A stretch of DNA of 64,000 bases from Bacillota bacterium (lineage in GTDB: Bacteria > Bacillota_I > Bacilli_A > Erysipelotrichales > Erysipelotrichaceae): the NCBI GenBank assembly GCA_023388995.1, contig JAEWFD010000045.1, positions 44,497-108,496 on the forward strand. The letters are read 5' to 3'. The position numbers and the translations under genes are program-made. The notes beneath the pieces are model-generated. The model ran no database searches and had not been told where the DNA came from. It worked only from the letters and a program-made list of their open reading frames with translations. The stretch's first letter is position 1. Each line of letters begins with the position of its first letter. This document shows, in pieces, positions 9,837 through 21,128 of the stretch.

Positions 9837-10702
9837 TCATCGAAGATGGCCGGATCAAACATCCGGCTTTTAATCATCGCAATTTCCTTTTTATAAGGAG
9901 CATGTGTCTTAATATACGGCGTTTCCAGAATCTTCACAGCATGTTCGACCAGCGGATGTTCAATTACGCCCAGCAATGCTTCAAAACCGATTTCGCCAAA
10001 CCCTAAATTGGCATGGCGGTCTTTGCGTGCTCCTTGGCTATTTTTAGAATCGTTGACATGAATCACGCGAATGAGATCCAACGGAAAATAAGTTTGAAAC
10101 TCCCGCAAGACAGAATCAAAGTCAGCAATTGGATATCCTGCATCATGCAAATGGCAGGTATCCATGCAAACAGCCAGAGAAGAAGGGTTGCGAACCAAAT
10201 CAAAGATCGCTCGCAGCTGAGCAAACTCATATCCCAGTTCGCTTCCTTTGCCTGACATTGTTTCTAAAGCAATATGGATATCGCCATATCCTTCCATTGC
10301 CAGATCCAACCCTTTTGCAATTTGTTTTACACCCGCATCTACTCCTTCGCCGACATGACTGCCGGGATGGAGCACCAACGTATTCGCACCCATTGCCCGT
10401 GTTCGATCTAATTCAAGGCGCAATGCTTTGACAGCAATCTCAAACGTCTCTTCCTTCAGCGTATTTCCTAAATTGATTATATAAGGCGCATGCACAATAA
10501 AATGTTCCTTTGGAATGTTGTGCTCTTTCATCAGCTGATGTGCTTCTTCCAGATGAAACAAGCTGACATCCTTGCGAATCGTATTTTGCGGTGCTCCTGA
10601 ATAAATCATAAAGGCATTCGCTTCATTGCGAATGGTTTCCTTTACAGCACCCACTAAATAGTGCGGTGCTTTCATTTCCATATGCGACCCAATTCGTAAC
10701 AT
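9827..10702 (-). CDS. nfo: Deoxyribonuclease IV (endonuclease IV)
   Basis: The N-terminus IGSHMEMKAP...FMIYSGAPQNTIRK and the H/D/E metal ligands (HAPYIINL, HPGSH, HLHDAGY) are typical of Nfo. Synteny with cshB supports the call. Confidence 0.9.
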   Translation of the reverse strand: MLRIGSHMEMKAPHYLVGAVKETIRNEANAFMIYSGAPQNTIRKDVSLFHLEEAHQLMKEHNIPKEHFIVHAPYIINLGNTLKEETFEIAVKALRLELDRTRAMGANTLVLHPGSHVGEGVDAGVKQIAKGLDLAMEGYGDIHIALETMSGKGSELGYEFAQLRAIFDLVRNPSSLAVCMDTCHLHDAGYPIADFDSVLREFQTYFPLDLIRVIHVNDSKNSQGARKDRHANLGFGEIGFEALLGVIEHPLVEHAVKILETPYIKTHAPYKKEIAMIKSRMFDPAIFDDYK

Positions 10703-10703
10703 A

Positions 10704-12062
10704 TTACTCTTCTCGCAATGCCCGCTGTTTTGCCTTGGCTCTTTCTTTTTGTCTCATCTTAATGTCAGCCTGAATTGTTTCACGACGACGTTGCCGTTTA
10801 ATTTTTTCGATCTGCGCCTGCTTTTTCTTTTTATAACCCGGTTTCACCTGTTCATTTTTCCTAGTCAGAACCTTGGCAATTTCCCGATCCGTTTGATCGT
10901 TCTTGCTTATTTTCTTCTTTTCCAGCGGGTTCAGATCGCGCCATTCACCGTCTTTATAAGTACGGTGCACAAACGTAATGCCTTGTTTTTCAAGGGCTCG
11001 AATATTCACTTCATCTTTTGCTTGGTACAATAAGAAGCAAGTCCCTTCACGGCCTGCTCTGCCCGTGCGCCCTGCACGATGTATATAGTATTCCAACTGT
11101 GATGGCAATCCGACACTGATAACATGCGTAACAGCTTCAATATCAATTCCCCGTGCCGCAATATCGCTGGCAATAATATAGGAATGGTGATTCTGACCAA
11201 TCTGCTTCAATGCTGTCTTGCGCTGTCTTGCCTGCAATCCGCCATGGAGCTCCAGACAATCCAATCCGCGATCTTTCAGCGCTTGCGTCAAGGCACTGGC
11301 TTCTGTTCGGGTATTCGCAAAAATCAGGCATACATATGGCTGAATTCCGTCAATCATCTGCAATAAAGTATTTTGATAAGACATATGCTTGCATGGCACC
11401 AGTACATGTTCAATCTTCGGTGACAATGCATGCTCTTCTTCAATGACGATATGCTGCGGATTCTTCAGATATTTTTTAATGAATGGCTGCAATTGCTGCG
11501 GCAGCGTGGCACTGAATACCATCATCTGCAGATGATCCTTCATCCGGCCGGCAATCGCATCTACTTCTTCCAGAAAGCCAAACTCCATCGTCATATCGGC
11601 TTCATCCACGACCAGAATATCAGCAGTATCCACCCGCAGCACCGACTCCTGCACAAACAAATCCTTGATGCGCCCCGGTGTCCCGATCACAATATGCGGC
11701 TGACTCTTTAAGGATTCAACCATTCTGCTTTTTTCCATTCCACCCGTAATCAAACGAATACGAACTTCCGGATCAAGCTGCGTAATTGGCTGCAAACGCT
11801 GAAAAATCTGCATTGCCAATTCTCTGGTTGGTGCCGTAATAACCGCTTGCACGATATCCTTCGATACGTCAATTTTCTGCAAAATCGGAATTAAAAACGC
11901 ATGGGTTTTCCCCGTTCCTGTTTGGGAAATCCCAATGATATCCTTCCCTTTCAAAGCCATCGGAATTACTTTGCTTTGAATCGGAGTCGGTGTTTCGAAT
12001 GTATGATACGCTACAAATGCCTGATTGCGGGCATTGAGCGAAAAATCTTGAAATGTTTTCAT
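10704..12062 (-). CDS. cshB: DEAD-box ATP-dependent RNA helicase CshB-like
   Basis: Q-motif, SQTGTGKT, VVDEAD, SAT, HRAGRTGRAG and a basic K/R-rich C-terminal tail. Confidence 0.85.
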   Translation of the reverse strand: MKTFQDFSLNARNQAFVAYHTFETPTPIQSKVIPMALKGKDIIGISQTGTGKTHAFLIPILQKIDVSKDIVQAVITAPTRELAMQIFQRLQPITQLDPEVRIRLITGGMEKSRMVESLKSQPHIVIGTPGRIKDLFVQESVLRVDTADILVVDEADMTMEFGFLEEVDAIAGRMKDHLQMMVFSATLPQQLQPFIKKYLKNPQHIVIEEEHALSPKIEHVLVPCKHMSYQNTLLQMIDGIQPYVCLIFANTRTEASALTQALKDRGLDCLELHGGLQARQRKTALKQIGQNHHSYIIASDIAARGIDIEAVTHVISVGLPSQLEYYIHRAGRTGRAGREGTCFLLYQAKDEVNIRALEKQGITFVHRTYKDGEWRDLNPLEKKKISKNDQTDREIAKVLTRKNEQVKPGYKKKKQAQIEKIKRQRRRETIQADIKMRQKERAKAKQRALREE

Positions 12063-12180
12063 AACACACTTCCTTTCTTCTCTATGTTAAGTATAACGAA
12101 AAACACGAAATGATGCAAAACTTGTGTTTTTCATACCAATTCTTTCTGCGTTGCATATTCTAAACTGAGGAGGGAATGGT

Positions 12181-12642
12181 ATGAACCAATTTCAGCCGTT
12201 TTATACAAATGCATCAATGCCATTTCAAAACTATGGTCTTGGATCTCAAATGACCCCTTATGCACCAATGATGAATTCCTATCAAGCGCCGATGATGCAG
12301 GCCATGACAGGAATGGGCATGATGGGTGCAATGAACAATATGCAGACAATGGGACAAACTGCCAATAACCTAAGCAAAATATCCAGTGTATTCCGCGGAT
12401 TTAACTACTCTACATTCCTGGATGGAACACAGAAAACATTGACAACGATCAATCAAATCATTCCGCTTGTCAATCAAGTCACGCCGATGATCCGCAATGC
12501 CTCGACTATGTTCCGGGTAGCGAATGAAGTGAAACGGATGAGCCAGGAGCAGCCGATGTCTGCAAGTGAACCAATTATCATTGAACAAGCAGCAACCTCA
12601 GCCCCGCCGCGATCATCAAATGATCAGCCAACTTATTTCTAG
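12181..12642 (+). CDS. YqfQ/VrrA-like protein with a Met/Gln/Asn-rich N-terminus
   Basis: Good RBS (GAGGAGGGAATGGT-ATG). Low-complexity M/Q/N-rich N-terminal half. Position between cshB and ispH matches B. subtilis yqfQ. Confidence 0.55.
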   Translation: MNQFQPFYTNASMPFQNYGLGSQMTPYAPMMNSYQAPMMQAMTGMGMMGAMNNMQTMGQTANNLSKISSVFRGFNYSTFLDGTQKTLTTINQIIPLVNQVTPMIRNASTMFRVANEVKRMSQEQPMSASEPIIIEQAATSAPPRSSNDQPTYF

Positions 12643-12670
12643 TATGGTATAATATCCGTGAGGTGACGAT

Positions 12671-13579
12671 ATGAAAGTAATAAAGTTAACACCACGCGGA
12701 TATTGCAAAGGCGTCGTTCGAGCAATCCAGTTAGTAAAAGATGCAAGAAAATCATACCCGGGACCAGTCTATGTCCTTGGGATGATTGTACATAATTCAT
12801 TTGTAACCAAAGCCTTAACGCATCTTGGCATTGAAACGTTAGATACTGCTAAGGCAAGCAAGGAAGAACTCATTGATTCTATTCCCCACGGTCTTTTGGT
12901 ATTCACCGCCCATGGTATTTCGGCCCAGCTGAAACAACGAGCCATTGATCGCGGTTTGGATGTACTTGATGCAACTTGCTTTGATGTATCCAGTACCCAG
13001 CATTTAATCACGGCTTACCGTGAAAAAGGATATGAGATTATTTTCATCGGCAAACAAGGACATCCCGAATCGGAAGCTATGAAAGCCAATGATCCAGCCA
13101 TTCACATCGTGGAAAATAAAGCAGATATTGAAGCTTTAACCTTGACACACGATTTGATTGCGGTAACTAACCAAACAACAATGAGTATCTTGGATGTGGC
13201 TCATTTGATGAAAGAGATCCAGCAGCGATATCCGCATGCGGTATTCTGCGAAGAAGTCTGCACCGCCACCCGCGTTCGCCAAGAGGCTGTCCTTCAGGAA
13301 ACTGAGGCATCCGTCCTTTTGATTGTCGGTGATCCTAAGTCCAATAACTCTACGCGGCTTCATCACATCAACCAGCACATTCCGCGCAGGTATATGGTCG
13401 ATTCCATTGAAGAATTGTCGATGTCATGGTTCATGCCGGATGATGTCATTGCCATCAGCAGCGGAGCTTCCACACCAACCTATATTACAAACCAGATTAT
13501 TCAGTATCTGGAGCAATATCGCTTTGATGATCCCAGCACGCATCAAAAACCAAGCATTGATCTAACGCAAATCTTATAA
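12671..13579 (+). CDS. ispH: 4-hydroxy-3-methylbut-2-enyl diphosphate reductase IspH (LytB)
   Basis: The N-terminus LTPRGYCKGVVRAI and conserved Cys/His positions are typical of LytB. 302 aa. Confidence 0.95.
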   Translation: MKVIKLTPRGYCKGVVRAIQLVKDARKSYPGPVYVLGMIVHNSFVTKALTHLGIETLDTAKASKEELIDSIPHGLLVFTAHGISAQLKQRAIDRGLDVLDATCFDVSSTQHLITAYREKGYEIIFIGKQGHPESEAMKANDPAIHIVENKADIEALTLTHDLIAVTNQTTMSILDVAHLMKEIQQRYPHAVFCEEVCTATRVRQEAVLQETEASVLLIVGDPKSNNSTRLHHINQHIPRRYMVDSIEELSMSWFMPDDVIAISSGASTPTYITNQIIQYLEQYRFDDPSTHQKPSIDLTQIL

Positions 13580-13596
13580 AAAAGCAGGCAAGCGAA

Positions 13597-14286
13597 TCAA
13601 GTATTTCGCTCTACCCGCTTTTTTTCTAGTATGTGTGTCTGCATCAAATGCATTTCCTGCGCCAGCTGCTGATAGCGATCGCTTCCCGGCAGCAATTGCG
13701 GCAAAATAGCCTCATATGCCTGATACCGTTTTTGGTAAAATTCATGAAACAGATCTGCGTGCTGCTCCAATAGCTTCGGACCAAACAAGATTTCTTCAGG
13801 ATGCAAGATACGATCTTGCGTGGCCTGCCATACCAGAATCGGATAGTATTTATCCTCCTCTTGGACTAGCGCCTCTTCCAAAATCATAAATTGATGCTCA
13901 CTGAGATAAGCACGAATCAGTTCCATATGCTGGTTCACCTGAATAATAATCCGCTTGTAATTGGGCAGCCGAGCAAAGGATGCCTGCAAAATCGCAAGCA
14001 CCGTATGCGCCCCCATTCCGGCAATCACCACTTCATCCACATCATCAGGAATATTTGCCAGTCCATCACTCAGAAGCGGAAAGACTTTGTCCTCCAATTC
14101 ATATTGGGCGATGGTTTTTTTGCTTTGCTTGAGCGGACCATCTTTTACCTCTGCTGCATAAGCTTTGGCAATTCGGCCATCCAATGCCAAAGCACATGGC
14201 AAATATGCATGATCACTTCCGATATCCGCCAAGACTGCAGCATAAGAAACAAACGCTGCGACTTGTTTTAGCCGTGGGGACAGCAT
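13597..14286 (-). CDS. trmK: tRNA (adenine22-N1)-methyltransferase TrmK (YqfN)
   Basis: DIGSDHAYLP SAM-binding motif, about 229 aa, directly downstream of sigA as in Bacillus. Confidence 0.85.
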   Translation of the reverse strand: MLSPRLKQVAAFVSYAAVLADIGSDHAYLPCALALDGRIAKAYAAEVKDGPLKQSKKTIAQYELEDKVFPLLSDGLANIPDDVDEVVIAGMGAHTVLAILQASFARLPNYKRIIIQVNQHMELIRAYLSEHQFMILEEALVQEEDKYYPILVWQATQDRILHPEEILFGPKLLEQHADLFHEFYQKRYQAYEAILPQLLPGSDRYQQLAQEMHLMQTHILEKKRVERNT

Positions 14287-15470
14287 TAGGTCTTGTCAAT
14301 GAAGTCCCGCAGCCGTTTGGAACGGGTTGGATGCTTCAACTTACGAAGGGCTTTGGCTTCAATTTGGCGAATTCGTTCTCTTGTAACATTGAACTCCCGG
14401 CCAACTTCCTCCAGCGTGCGTGTTCTTCCATCATACAATCCAAAGCGCAAACGAAGCACTTTTTCTTCACGATCTGTCAAACCTTGCAGCACCATATTAA
14501 TTTCATCTTTAAGCAATTGGTTATTGGCATATTCATCCGGTGACAAGGCGTCTTTATCCTCAATGAAATCTCCTAAGTGGGAATCATCTTCCTCCCCAAT
14601 TGGTGTTTCCAGCGATACCGGCTCCAAGGCAATCTTTTGAATTTCCCGCACTTTGTCCGGTGTAATATTCTCCATCCGTGCCGCAATTTCTTCCGCAGTC
14701 GGTTCCCGGCCATAGTCTTGCACCAATTGCCGTTGAATCCGTGTTAATTTATTGATGGTTTCCACCATATGTACCGGAATCCGAATCGTCCGTGCCTGAT
14801 CCGCAATCGCTCTGGTAATCGCCTGGCGAATCCACCACGTTGCATAAGTAGAAAATTTGAATCCTTTGGTGTAATCAAACTTCTCAACAGCTTTGACAAG
14901 ACCCATGTTTCCTTCTTGAATCAAATCCAGAAACAACATTCCGCGTCCAACATACTTTTTGGCGATGGATACCACCAGCCGCAAGTTGGCCGCAATCAAC
15001 ATCCGCTTAGCCTCTTCATCGCCTTCCGCAATCCGCTGCGCAATGGCCGGCTCATCATCCGGATTCAGCAAGTTAACGCGTCCGATCTCTTTCAAATACA
15101 TCTTAACCGGATCATTTACCTTAATTGAACCTGGCACTGACAAGGAAGGATCGATCAAAACAATATCATCTTCTTCATCATCAACAATATCGCTGTCTAA
15201 AATATCATCATCTGTCAATTTATCATCTAAAACATCCGGTGAAAAATCATCATCAACCAGCTTGATTCCTTCTTGGGAAAACCAAAGCATCAAATCATCT
15301 AATTCATCTTCACTCAAATCTAAGTTTTCAATGCATTCAAATACATCCTTCTGCAATAAGAAGCCTGCTTCCTGACTGTATTGTTTGAAATCAACTTTAA
15401 GCTCATCCAAGGTCTTAAATTGATTTACACCATTTACCTTTTTGACACTTGTAAGTTTTTGTGTGCTCAT
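14286..15470 (-). CDS. sigA: Primary RNA polymerase sigma factor SigA/RpoD
   Basis: Acidic region 1, and region 2 sequence [27 protein letters not shown]. Regions 3 and 4 are present. Operon with dnaG. Confidence 0.95.
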   Translation of the reverse strand: MSTQKLTSVKKVNGVNQFKTLDELKVDFKQYSQEAGFLLQKDVFECIENLDLSEDELDDLMLWFSQEGIKLVDDDFSPDVLDDKLTDDDILDSDIVDDEEDDIVLIDPSLSVPGSIKVNDPVKMYLKEIGRVNLLNPDDEPAIAQRIAEGDEEAKRMLIAANLRLVVSIAKKYVGRGMLFLDLIQEGNMGLVKAVEKFDYTKGFKFSTYATWWIRQAITRAIADQARTIRIPVHMVETINKLTRIQRQLVQDYGREPTAEEIAARMENITPDKVREIQKIALEPVSLETPIGEEDDSHLGDFIEDKDALSPDEYANNQLLKDEINMVLQGLTDREEKVLRLRFGLYDGRTRTLEEVGREFNVTRERIRQIEAKALRKLKHPTRSKRLRDFIDKT

Positions 15471-17230
15471 TGCATAGCCCCTTTCTTCTGTTTCAAGTCG
15501 ATCACCGCTAACAATAATTCTGCTTTCTTCGCAGGATCTTGAATGCGGTTCGCTTCTTGCTTCAATGCTTCTATTTTTCTGTCATATTCATAAGCAATGA
15601 CCGTATTGCATGCCTGCTGCAATGCATCCGGATTCCATTGCTTGATCAAACGTTCATTTTCTTCCACTTCAAATATCAGCTCACAAAGGTCTTCTTCTTC
15701 ATGAAGCATCGTTACCAGCTGCGATACATCCATTTCTTCATGGGTGCGATAGTAGCTGACCAGATACAATGCCAGATCTTTCATTTGATCTTGAATCAAA
15801 AACCCCAGCTGGCGTTCAAACAGCAGTGCTGCTTCCTTAAAATGCAACATCTGTGCTAGTATCTCAAGTTGTGCCAATTCTATTTTTGTTCTTTTTGTTA
15901 CACCTTTAGTTTTGCCAGCTGTTGTTGTTTTATGTACATGAATTTGCGGTTTCAATTGATCCAGCTGAAACGAGGTAAAACCCGTCAGCTGACTCAAGCG
16001 CTCCTTGTAAACTTGTGCATCAAAAGCCTCAAATTGGACAATTTCCTGCATCATCAGGTTTGCGAATTCTTTATTATCGCTATAATTGCTTAAATTAAAT
16101 TTTGTCGCATAATACGTAAACAGAAACTCGATCCAAGTCTGCGGTGTTTCCAGCATAACTTTGAGTTCTTCTTTGCCATATTGCTTTATAATTTCATCGG
16201 GATCCAGCTTCAAGCTGTTGCGCACGATGCCAAATGATACATTCATTTGCTTTAATAATTGCCCGGCTTTATAATTGGCGTTTTGACCCGCCTGGTCACC
16301 ATCATAGCAAAGCACTTGGTGCGGCGCCAGCTTACGCAGCTGCTGCACCTGTTCTTTTGTGAAGGCAGTTCCCATTGTTGCTACAACATTGTAGACTTGC
16401 ACCCGGTACAGGGCAATTACATCCAGCGGACCTTCCACGATATACATCAATTTTTCCTGGCGGCTGCTGTTTTTTGCCCGATGCGCATTGTAGAGCACCT
16501 GTGACTTTTCATATAATTCACTCTGAAAGCTGTTGATATATTTCGGACGTGCTTCATTTTGATCCTTCGGCATGATGCGGGCACTGAAGGCAATGGGATT
16601 GCCTTCTCCGTCATGGATCGGAAACAAGATCCTGCCCTCAAAGATATCCACCATGCCTCGTTCCGTCACACGGCAGACTCCGCTGGATACAATATCCTCA
16701 TCAGAATATCCTTTCGCATGCAGAAACTGATACAGCTTGCTTCCGCCAAACGGCAGATAGCCCAGCTGGAAGGTCTGAATCAAAGCCTCATCCATATCCC
16801 GCTGATGCAGATAATCCAGTGCATCTTTCCCATCTGCTGTTTGCAGCTGGTAGGAGGCAAAGGATATCGTATCATTCAGCACCTTATGCCATACCCGTTT
16901 CTTCGGATTGGTCATTACTTCTTTCTGACTGCTTTGCAGCGGCACATCAATATGGCAGATTTCGCCTACTTTGCGCACTGCATCCAGAAAGCCCAGCTGC
17001 TCATATTGCTGCACGAAGGTAAACACATTCCCTCCGGCATTGCAGACAAAGCATTTATATATCTGCTTATCGGTAGAAATGCTTAAAGACGGATCATGGT
17101 CATCATGAAATGGACAGACGGCTGCATAATTACGCCCTTTTTTTGTCAAGGGCAGATATTGTCCGATCACTTCCACAATATCCGCTTTACTTCGAATCTC
17201 TTCGATCAGCTGCTCCTGCAACTTTGCCAT
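15467..17230 (-). CDS. dnaG: DNA primase DnaG
   Basis: Zinc finger [14 protein letters not shown]...[24 protein letters not shown] and DGDQAGQ motifs. ATGA-type overlap with sigA. Confidence 0.95.
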   Translation of the reverse strand: MAKLQEQLIEEIRSKADIVEVIGQYLPLTKKGRNYAAVCPFHDDHDPSLSISTDKQIYKCFVCNAGGNVFTFVQQYEQLGFLDAVRKVGEICHIDVPLQSSQKEVMTNPKKRVWHKVLNDTISFASYQLQTADGKDALDYLHQRDMDEALIQTFQLGYLPFGGSKLYQFLHAKGYSDEDIVSSGVCRVTERGMVDIFEGRILFPIHDGEGNPIAFSARIMPKDQNEARPKYINSFQSELYEKSQVLYNAHRAKNSSRQEKLMYIVEGPLDVIALYRVQVYNVVATMGTAFTKEQVQQLRKLAPHQVLCYDGDQAGQNANYKAGQLLKQMNVSFGIVRNSLKLDPDEIIKQYGKEELKVMLETPQTWIEFLFTYYATKFNLSNYSDNKEFANLMMQEIVQFEAFDAQVYKERLSQLTGFTSFQLDQLKPQIHVHKTTTAGKTKGVTKRTKIELAQLEILAQMLHFKEAALLFERQLGFLIQDQMKDLALYLVSYYRTHEEMDVSQLVTMLHEEEDLCELIFEVEENERLIKQWNPDALQQACNTVIAYEYDRKIEALKQEANRIQDPAKKAELLLAVIDLKQKKGAMQ

Positions 17231-17247
17231 TTCATCCCCTGCCTATC

Positions 17248-18624
17248 TTAAAATGCAATTTTTTCTCTGATATAAGTGTTTAACTCCGCGATCGCAATAC
17301 GCTCCTGAGTCATCGAATCCCGTTCACGTACGGTTACACAACCATCATTGGCTGTATCAAAGTCGATAGTAACACAGAATGGGGTTCCAATCGCATCCTG
17401 ACGGCGATAGCGTTTCCCGATGCTTCCAGCTTCATCATATTCACACATGAATTCCTTGGAAAGCGTCGCATAAACAGCTAATGCTTTTTCATTGATTTGC
17501 TTGCTTAACGGCATCACGCAAACTTTGATAGGTGCCAATGCCGGATGCAGCCGCAAAACAAGCCGCTCATCATCTTCTTTAATTTGTTCTTTTTCATATG
17601 CGTCGCATAAGAAGGCAAGCATCAATCGTTCTACTCCGACAGAAGGTTCCACACAATAGGGAATATACTTCTCATTGGTCGTCGGATCCATGTATTCCAT
17701 GCTTGTTTTGGAATGCTCCTGGTGCTGCTTCAAATCATAATCGGTACGATTGGCAATGCCCCATAGTTCACCCCAGCCGAATGGATACAGATATTCAATA
17801 TCGCTGGTACCCTTGGAATAGAAAGACAGCTCTTCCTGGCTATGTTCCCTCAGCCTTGTATGTTCTAATGACAAGCCCAAATCCTGCAGCCATGCCAAAC
17901 ACGCTTTTTGCCAGTAGTCATACCACTCCATGTCTTCTCCCGGACGGCAGAAGAATTCCAGCTCCATTTGTTCGAATTCACGAACCCGGAAGATAAAGTT
18001 ACCCGGAGTAATTTCATTGCGGAAAGACTTTCCGATTTGTCCGATCCCAAACGGTACTTTTTTACGCATGCTGCGCTGTACATTGCGGAAGTTCACAAAC
18101 ATTCCCTGAGCTGTTTCCGGACGCAGATAAATCGTATTCTTTGCATCTTCCAATACTCCTTGGAAGGTCTTAAACATCAAGTTAAACTGTCTGATTTCCG
18201 TAAAATCACGAGAACCGCAATCCGGGCAGGCAATCTTGTGCGAAGTAATATATTCCTTCAACTCTTCATTGCTCCATCCTCCCGGATTTACTTGGCCATT
18301 GCTTTCATCTTCAATCAATTTGTCCGCACGATGCCGTGACTTGCAGTTCCGGCAATCCATCAGCGGATCAGAAAAAGTCTTCAAGTGTCCGCTTGCCTCC
18401 CATACTTTGGGATTCATCAAAATAGCAGATTGAATCCCTACATTATAGGGACTTTCTTGTATAAATCGCTTCCACCAAGCTTTCTTGATGTTGTCACGCA
18501 ACTCACTGCCCAGCGGCCCGTAATCCCAAGTGTTCGCAAGACCACCATAAATTTCCGAACCTTGAAATACGAAACCGGAGCTTTTCAAATGGCTTACGAT
18601 TTCATCAAACTGCTTGTTATCCAT
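17248..18624 (-). CDS. glyQS: Glycine--tRNA ligase, single-chain (alpha2) type
   Basis: Class II aaRS of the GlyQS type ([12 protein letters not shown]...). Start chosen at ATG 18622-18624, 8 nt after AAAGGA. The ORF-track extension to 18714 is rejected. Confidence 0.93.
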   Translation of the reverse strand: MDNKQFDEIVSHLKSSGFVFQGSEIYGGLANTWDYGPLGSELRDNIKKAWWKRFIQESPYNVGIQSAILMNPKVWEASGHLKTFSDPLMDCRNCKSRHRADKLIEDESNGQVNPGGWSNEELKEYITSHKIACPDCGSRDFTEIRQFNLMFKTFQGVLEDAKNTIYLRPETAQGMFVNFRNVQRSMRKKVPFGIGQIGKSFRNEITPGNFIFRVREFEQMELEFFCRPGEDMEWYDYWQKACLAWLQDLGLSLEHTRLREHSQEELSFYSKGTSDIEYLYPFGWGELWGIANRTDYDLKQHQEHSKTSMEYMDPTTNEKYIPYCVEPSVGVERLMLAFLCDAYEKEQIKEDDERLVLRLHPALAPIKVCVMPLSKQINEKALAVYATLSKEFMCEYDEAGSIGKRYRRQDAIGTPFCVTIDFDTANDGCVTVRERDSMTQERIAIAELNTYIREKIAF

Positions 18625-18714
18625 GTTCATCATCCTTTCGATAAAAAAAGTCAAACGTAAAAACGTTAGACTACAAAATAATTGTCGAGTTTTATCCTCG
18701 TTTGTACGAGCCAA

Positions 18715-18742
18715 ATTATATCTACATTACAATCTTTGTCAA
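18715..18742 (-). promoter_or_regulatory. SigA-type promoter for glyQS
   Basis: On the minus strand: TTGACA (18737-18742), 16 nt spacer, TATAAT (18715-18720). It sits just after the recO stop codon. Confidence 0.55.
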
Positions 18743-18746
18743 GCAA

Positions 18747-19478
18747 CTATAAGTGTAATACCTCGCGGATGAATTTTTCACTGACACATCCGAAGGAACT
18801 GTGCTCTTTAATAAATTCCAAAATAAACAAGGCAACATCGATGGCTACATCGTGGGCAAAGGGAATTTTATCCAAATGCTCATAGCCTGCTTTCATCAAC
18901 ATCCGAAAGCACCGCAAGAAGTCAACCGTTTTCTTAGGCATTGAATATTCATAGCACTCTTCACAAATAAAACCACCATCTTGAATCGAAATCGCACAGA
19001 TTTTAGATTCACTGCCGCAGCTGACACAGCCATCAACATAAGGTTCAATTCCAAACAGCCGGCAAGCACGTGCTAAATACAATGCAAAGCACATGGCAGG
19101 ATTAGCGGCCGCTTGGAGTGCTTCGAACGCTGCTTGCAATTCCTCGTATGCGCCCTCCGGCTCTAATTCAAGCAGATATTCGCATACCTCCGCCATGCAA
19201 GTCGCAAAACTGCTGCGATATAAATCTTCTCTCAGCTGGCGGCAGCTTTGGAGCACTTCTCCGCCCGTTAAGGTATGAATCGGCTTCAACTCATGATAAT
19301 CAATCATCCATTTCCCTTTCACAAACGGCTGGCAATAAGCCACCTGCTTGCTGGTAATGGAACGTAAGGAACGCGCTACAACAGTCAACTTTCCATACTC
19401 CGAAGTCGCAATCTGCAGCAGCGCATCTTTATCCTTGTAATCCTGCTGCCGCAGCAGGATTCCTTCTACTTCGATCAT
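18747..19478 (-). CDS. recO: DNA repair protein RecO
   Basis: OB-fold N-terminus, C-terminal CxxC...CxxC zinc motif (CVSCGSE...CEEC), position downstream of era. Confidence 0.9.
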   Translation of the reverse strand: MIEVEGILLRQQDYKDKDALLQIATSEYGKLTVVARSLRSITSKQVAYCQPFVKGKWMIDYHELKPIHTLTGGEVLQSCRQLREDLYRSSFATCMAEVCEYLLELEPEGAYEELQAAFEALQAAANPAMCFALYLARACRLFGIEPYVDGCVSCGSESKICAISIQDGGFICEECYEYSMPKKTVDFLRCFRMLMKAGYEHLDKIPFAHDVAIDVALFILEFIKEHSSFGCVSEKFIREVLHL

Positions 19479-20371
19479 AGATCATCCTCATCGCTGTATC
19501 CGAGCCGCTGCAAGATTCTTTGGCGATTGCGCCAATCTTTTTCAACACGAACAAATAATTCCAAATACACTTTTTTCCCAAACATTGCTTCCATTTCTTC
19601 TCGTGCCTTGGTTCCGACCTCTTTCAGCAAAGAACCTTGCTTACCGATGATAATGCCCTTTTGGGAATCCCGCTCCACATAAATTGTTGCATGGATTGCA
19701 ATGCTTTCTTTTTTCCACTTCAGTTCATCAATAATAACAGCTACTGAATGCGGAATTTCTTCACTCGTCAGATGCAGCACTTTTTCGCGAATCAATTCCC
19801 CGATCATGAAGCGGTCGCTATGATCGCTGATGGTATCATCCGGATAATATTTCGTGCCCTCTTTCAGATATTGATCCGTTACTTGCAGCAAAGTCGCCAG
19901 ATTATCTTCTTTGCGGGCCGACAATGGAATGATTTCACTAAATTCATACACTTCCTGCCAGCTTTGCAAAGCCAGAATCAATTCTTCCTTGGTCAATAAA
20001 TCAATCTTATTCAAAAGCAAAAAGACTGGAATTTGCATCTGTTTCAAGCTTTCTAAGATAAACGCATCACCGCGGCCATAAGGTTTGGATGCATCTGCCA
20101 AAAAATACACCACATCAACCCCAAAAGCGCTATTCAGTGCACTTTTGCTCATCTGCCGCCCCAGTTCGTGCTTCGGCTTATGAATACCCGGTGTATCAAT
20201 AAAAATATATTGCGCATGCTCCGTCGTCTTAATTCCCTGAATGACATTGCGCGTTGTCTGCGGTTTGTTGGACATGATTGCTACTTTTGTTTGGAGGATC
20301 GCATTCAGCAGAGTGGATTTCCCCGCATTGGGACGTCCAATCAGTGCGATAAAGCCGGATTTGAAGCTCAT
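19475..20371 (-). CDS. era: GTPase Era
   Basis: G1 GRPNAGKST, G3 DTPG, G4 NKID, and a C-terminal KH domain. Confidence 0.95.
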   Translation of the reverse strand: MSFKSGFIALIGRPNAGKSTLLNAILQTKVAIMSNKPQTTRNVIQGIKTTEHAQYIFIDTPGIHKPKHELGRQMSKSALNSAFGVDVVYFLADASKPYGRGDAFILESLKQMQIPVFLLLNKIDLLTKEELILALQSWQEVYEFSEIIPLSARKEDNLATLLQVTDQYLKEGTKYYPDDTISDHSDRFMIGELIREKVLHLTSEEIPHSVAVIIDELKWKKESIAIHATIYVERDSQKGIIIGKQGSLLKEVGTKAREEMEAMFGKKVYLELFVRVEKDWRNRQRILQRLGYSDEDDL

Positions 20372-20766
20372 CAGTCTAAATCCTCTTCCCCAAATTGGAA
20401 CGGCAGCAATTCCGCAATATTGGTTACCAATGTTTCTTTGCCATTAGAAAGAACAATTGGCGTGTCCTGCATCAATAATTCACTCAATACTTGGCGGCAA
20501 GCTCCGCACGGTGCTGCCAAACGATCGCCGCTGGTCACAATTGCAATCGAATCAATATCCTCTTTTCGATAACCTTGGGAATACGTCGCAAAAATAGCGG
20601 AACGTTCGCCGCAATTGGTTAAGCCAAAAGAAGCATTCTCAATATTGGCACCGCGGAAAAAATTGTTATCTTTGGTTTTGACGCAAGACCCTACATAATA
20701 TTTGGAATATGGCGCATATGCATGCTTCATGGCAACAAATGCTTCTTCTAATATCTTTTCGTACAT
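20371..20766 (-). CDS. cdd: Cytidine deaminase
   Basis: CGERSAIF and PCGACRQ zinc-binding motifs, 131 aa. Confidence 0.9.
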   Translation of the reverse strand: MYEKILEEAFVAMKHAYAPYSKYYVGSCVKTKDNNFFRGANIENASFGLTNCGERSAIFATYSQGYRKEDIDSIAIVTSGDRLAAPCGACRQVLSELLMQDTPIVLSNGKETLVTNIAELLPFQFGEEDLD

Positions 20767-20792
20767 GATTTCCTCCTAACGCATCGATGCGT

Positions 20793-21128
20793 TTATAAAT
20801 AGTTGCTGAGAATCAAAATACCTATTACCATGGCACAAAAAGCCGCAACCAGTACCCCTGCTGCGCCAAGATCCTTAATTACTTTGATCTGCGGATGATA
20901 TTTGTTATGCTGAAAATCCATAATTGTTTCAATTGCCGTATTGATATATTCCATGGCAATGACCAAGCCGCTGCAAAGAACAACCAGCATCCACTCCATT
21001 GCTGAAATGTCAAGCCAGGAAAAAACAGTAAAGGCTATAATAGCTAACATCCATTGCAAGCGGATGCTGCTATCTTTGAACCCAAGCAAGATTCCGTGCA
21101 AAGCATATCTGAATTTATTCATCGGCAT
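20793..21128 (-). CDS. dgkA: Diacylglycerol/undecaprenol kinase DgkA
   Basis: A three-TM small protein of 111 aa with a DgkA-like N-terminus (FRYALHGI). Synteny between ybeY and cdd. Confidence 0.85.
   Translation of the reverse strand: MPMNKFRYALHGILLGFKDSSIRLQWMLAIIAFTVFSWLDISAMEWMLVVLCSGLVIAMEYINTAIETIMDFQHNKYHPQIKVIKDLGAAGVLVAAFCAMVIGILILSNYL

Noticed and set aside
12063-12180. Hairpin aaaaacac-(17 nt)-gtgttttt in the cshB/yqfQ divergent spacer as a regulatory element
   Set aside because: The stem is A/T-rich with a large loop. It is compatible with chance in an A+T-rich divergent promoter region, and I have no supporting motif.
18625-18714. ORF-track N-terminal extensions of several genes: glyQS, sleC (6084-6209), spoIIAB (43813-43908), rsmE (38936-39001), rpmG (4042-4086), murE, ssb, yjjI, yjjW and the BMP lipoprotein gene
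   Set aside because: In each case an internal ATG preceded by a good SD gives the canonical conserved N-terminus. The extension overlaps the upstream gene or terminator and has non-protein-like sequence.
18625-18746. Possible T-box leader upstream of glyQS, as in Bacillus
   Set aside because: Only about 120 nt separate the recO stop from the glyQS start, and roughly 30 of these are promoter. I could not find the T-box sequence, a specifier-loop architecture or a terminator/antiterminator pair. Only two small hairpins are present.
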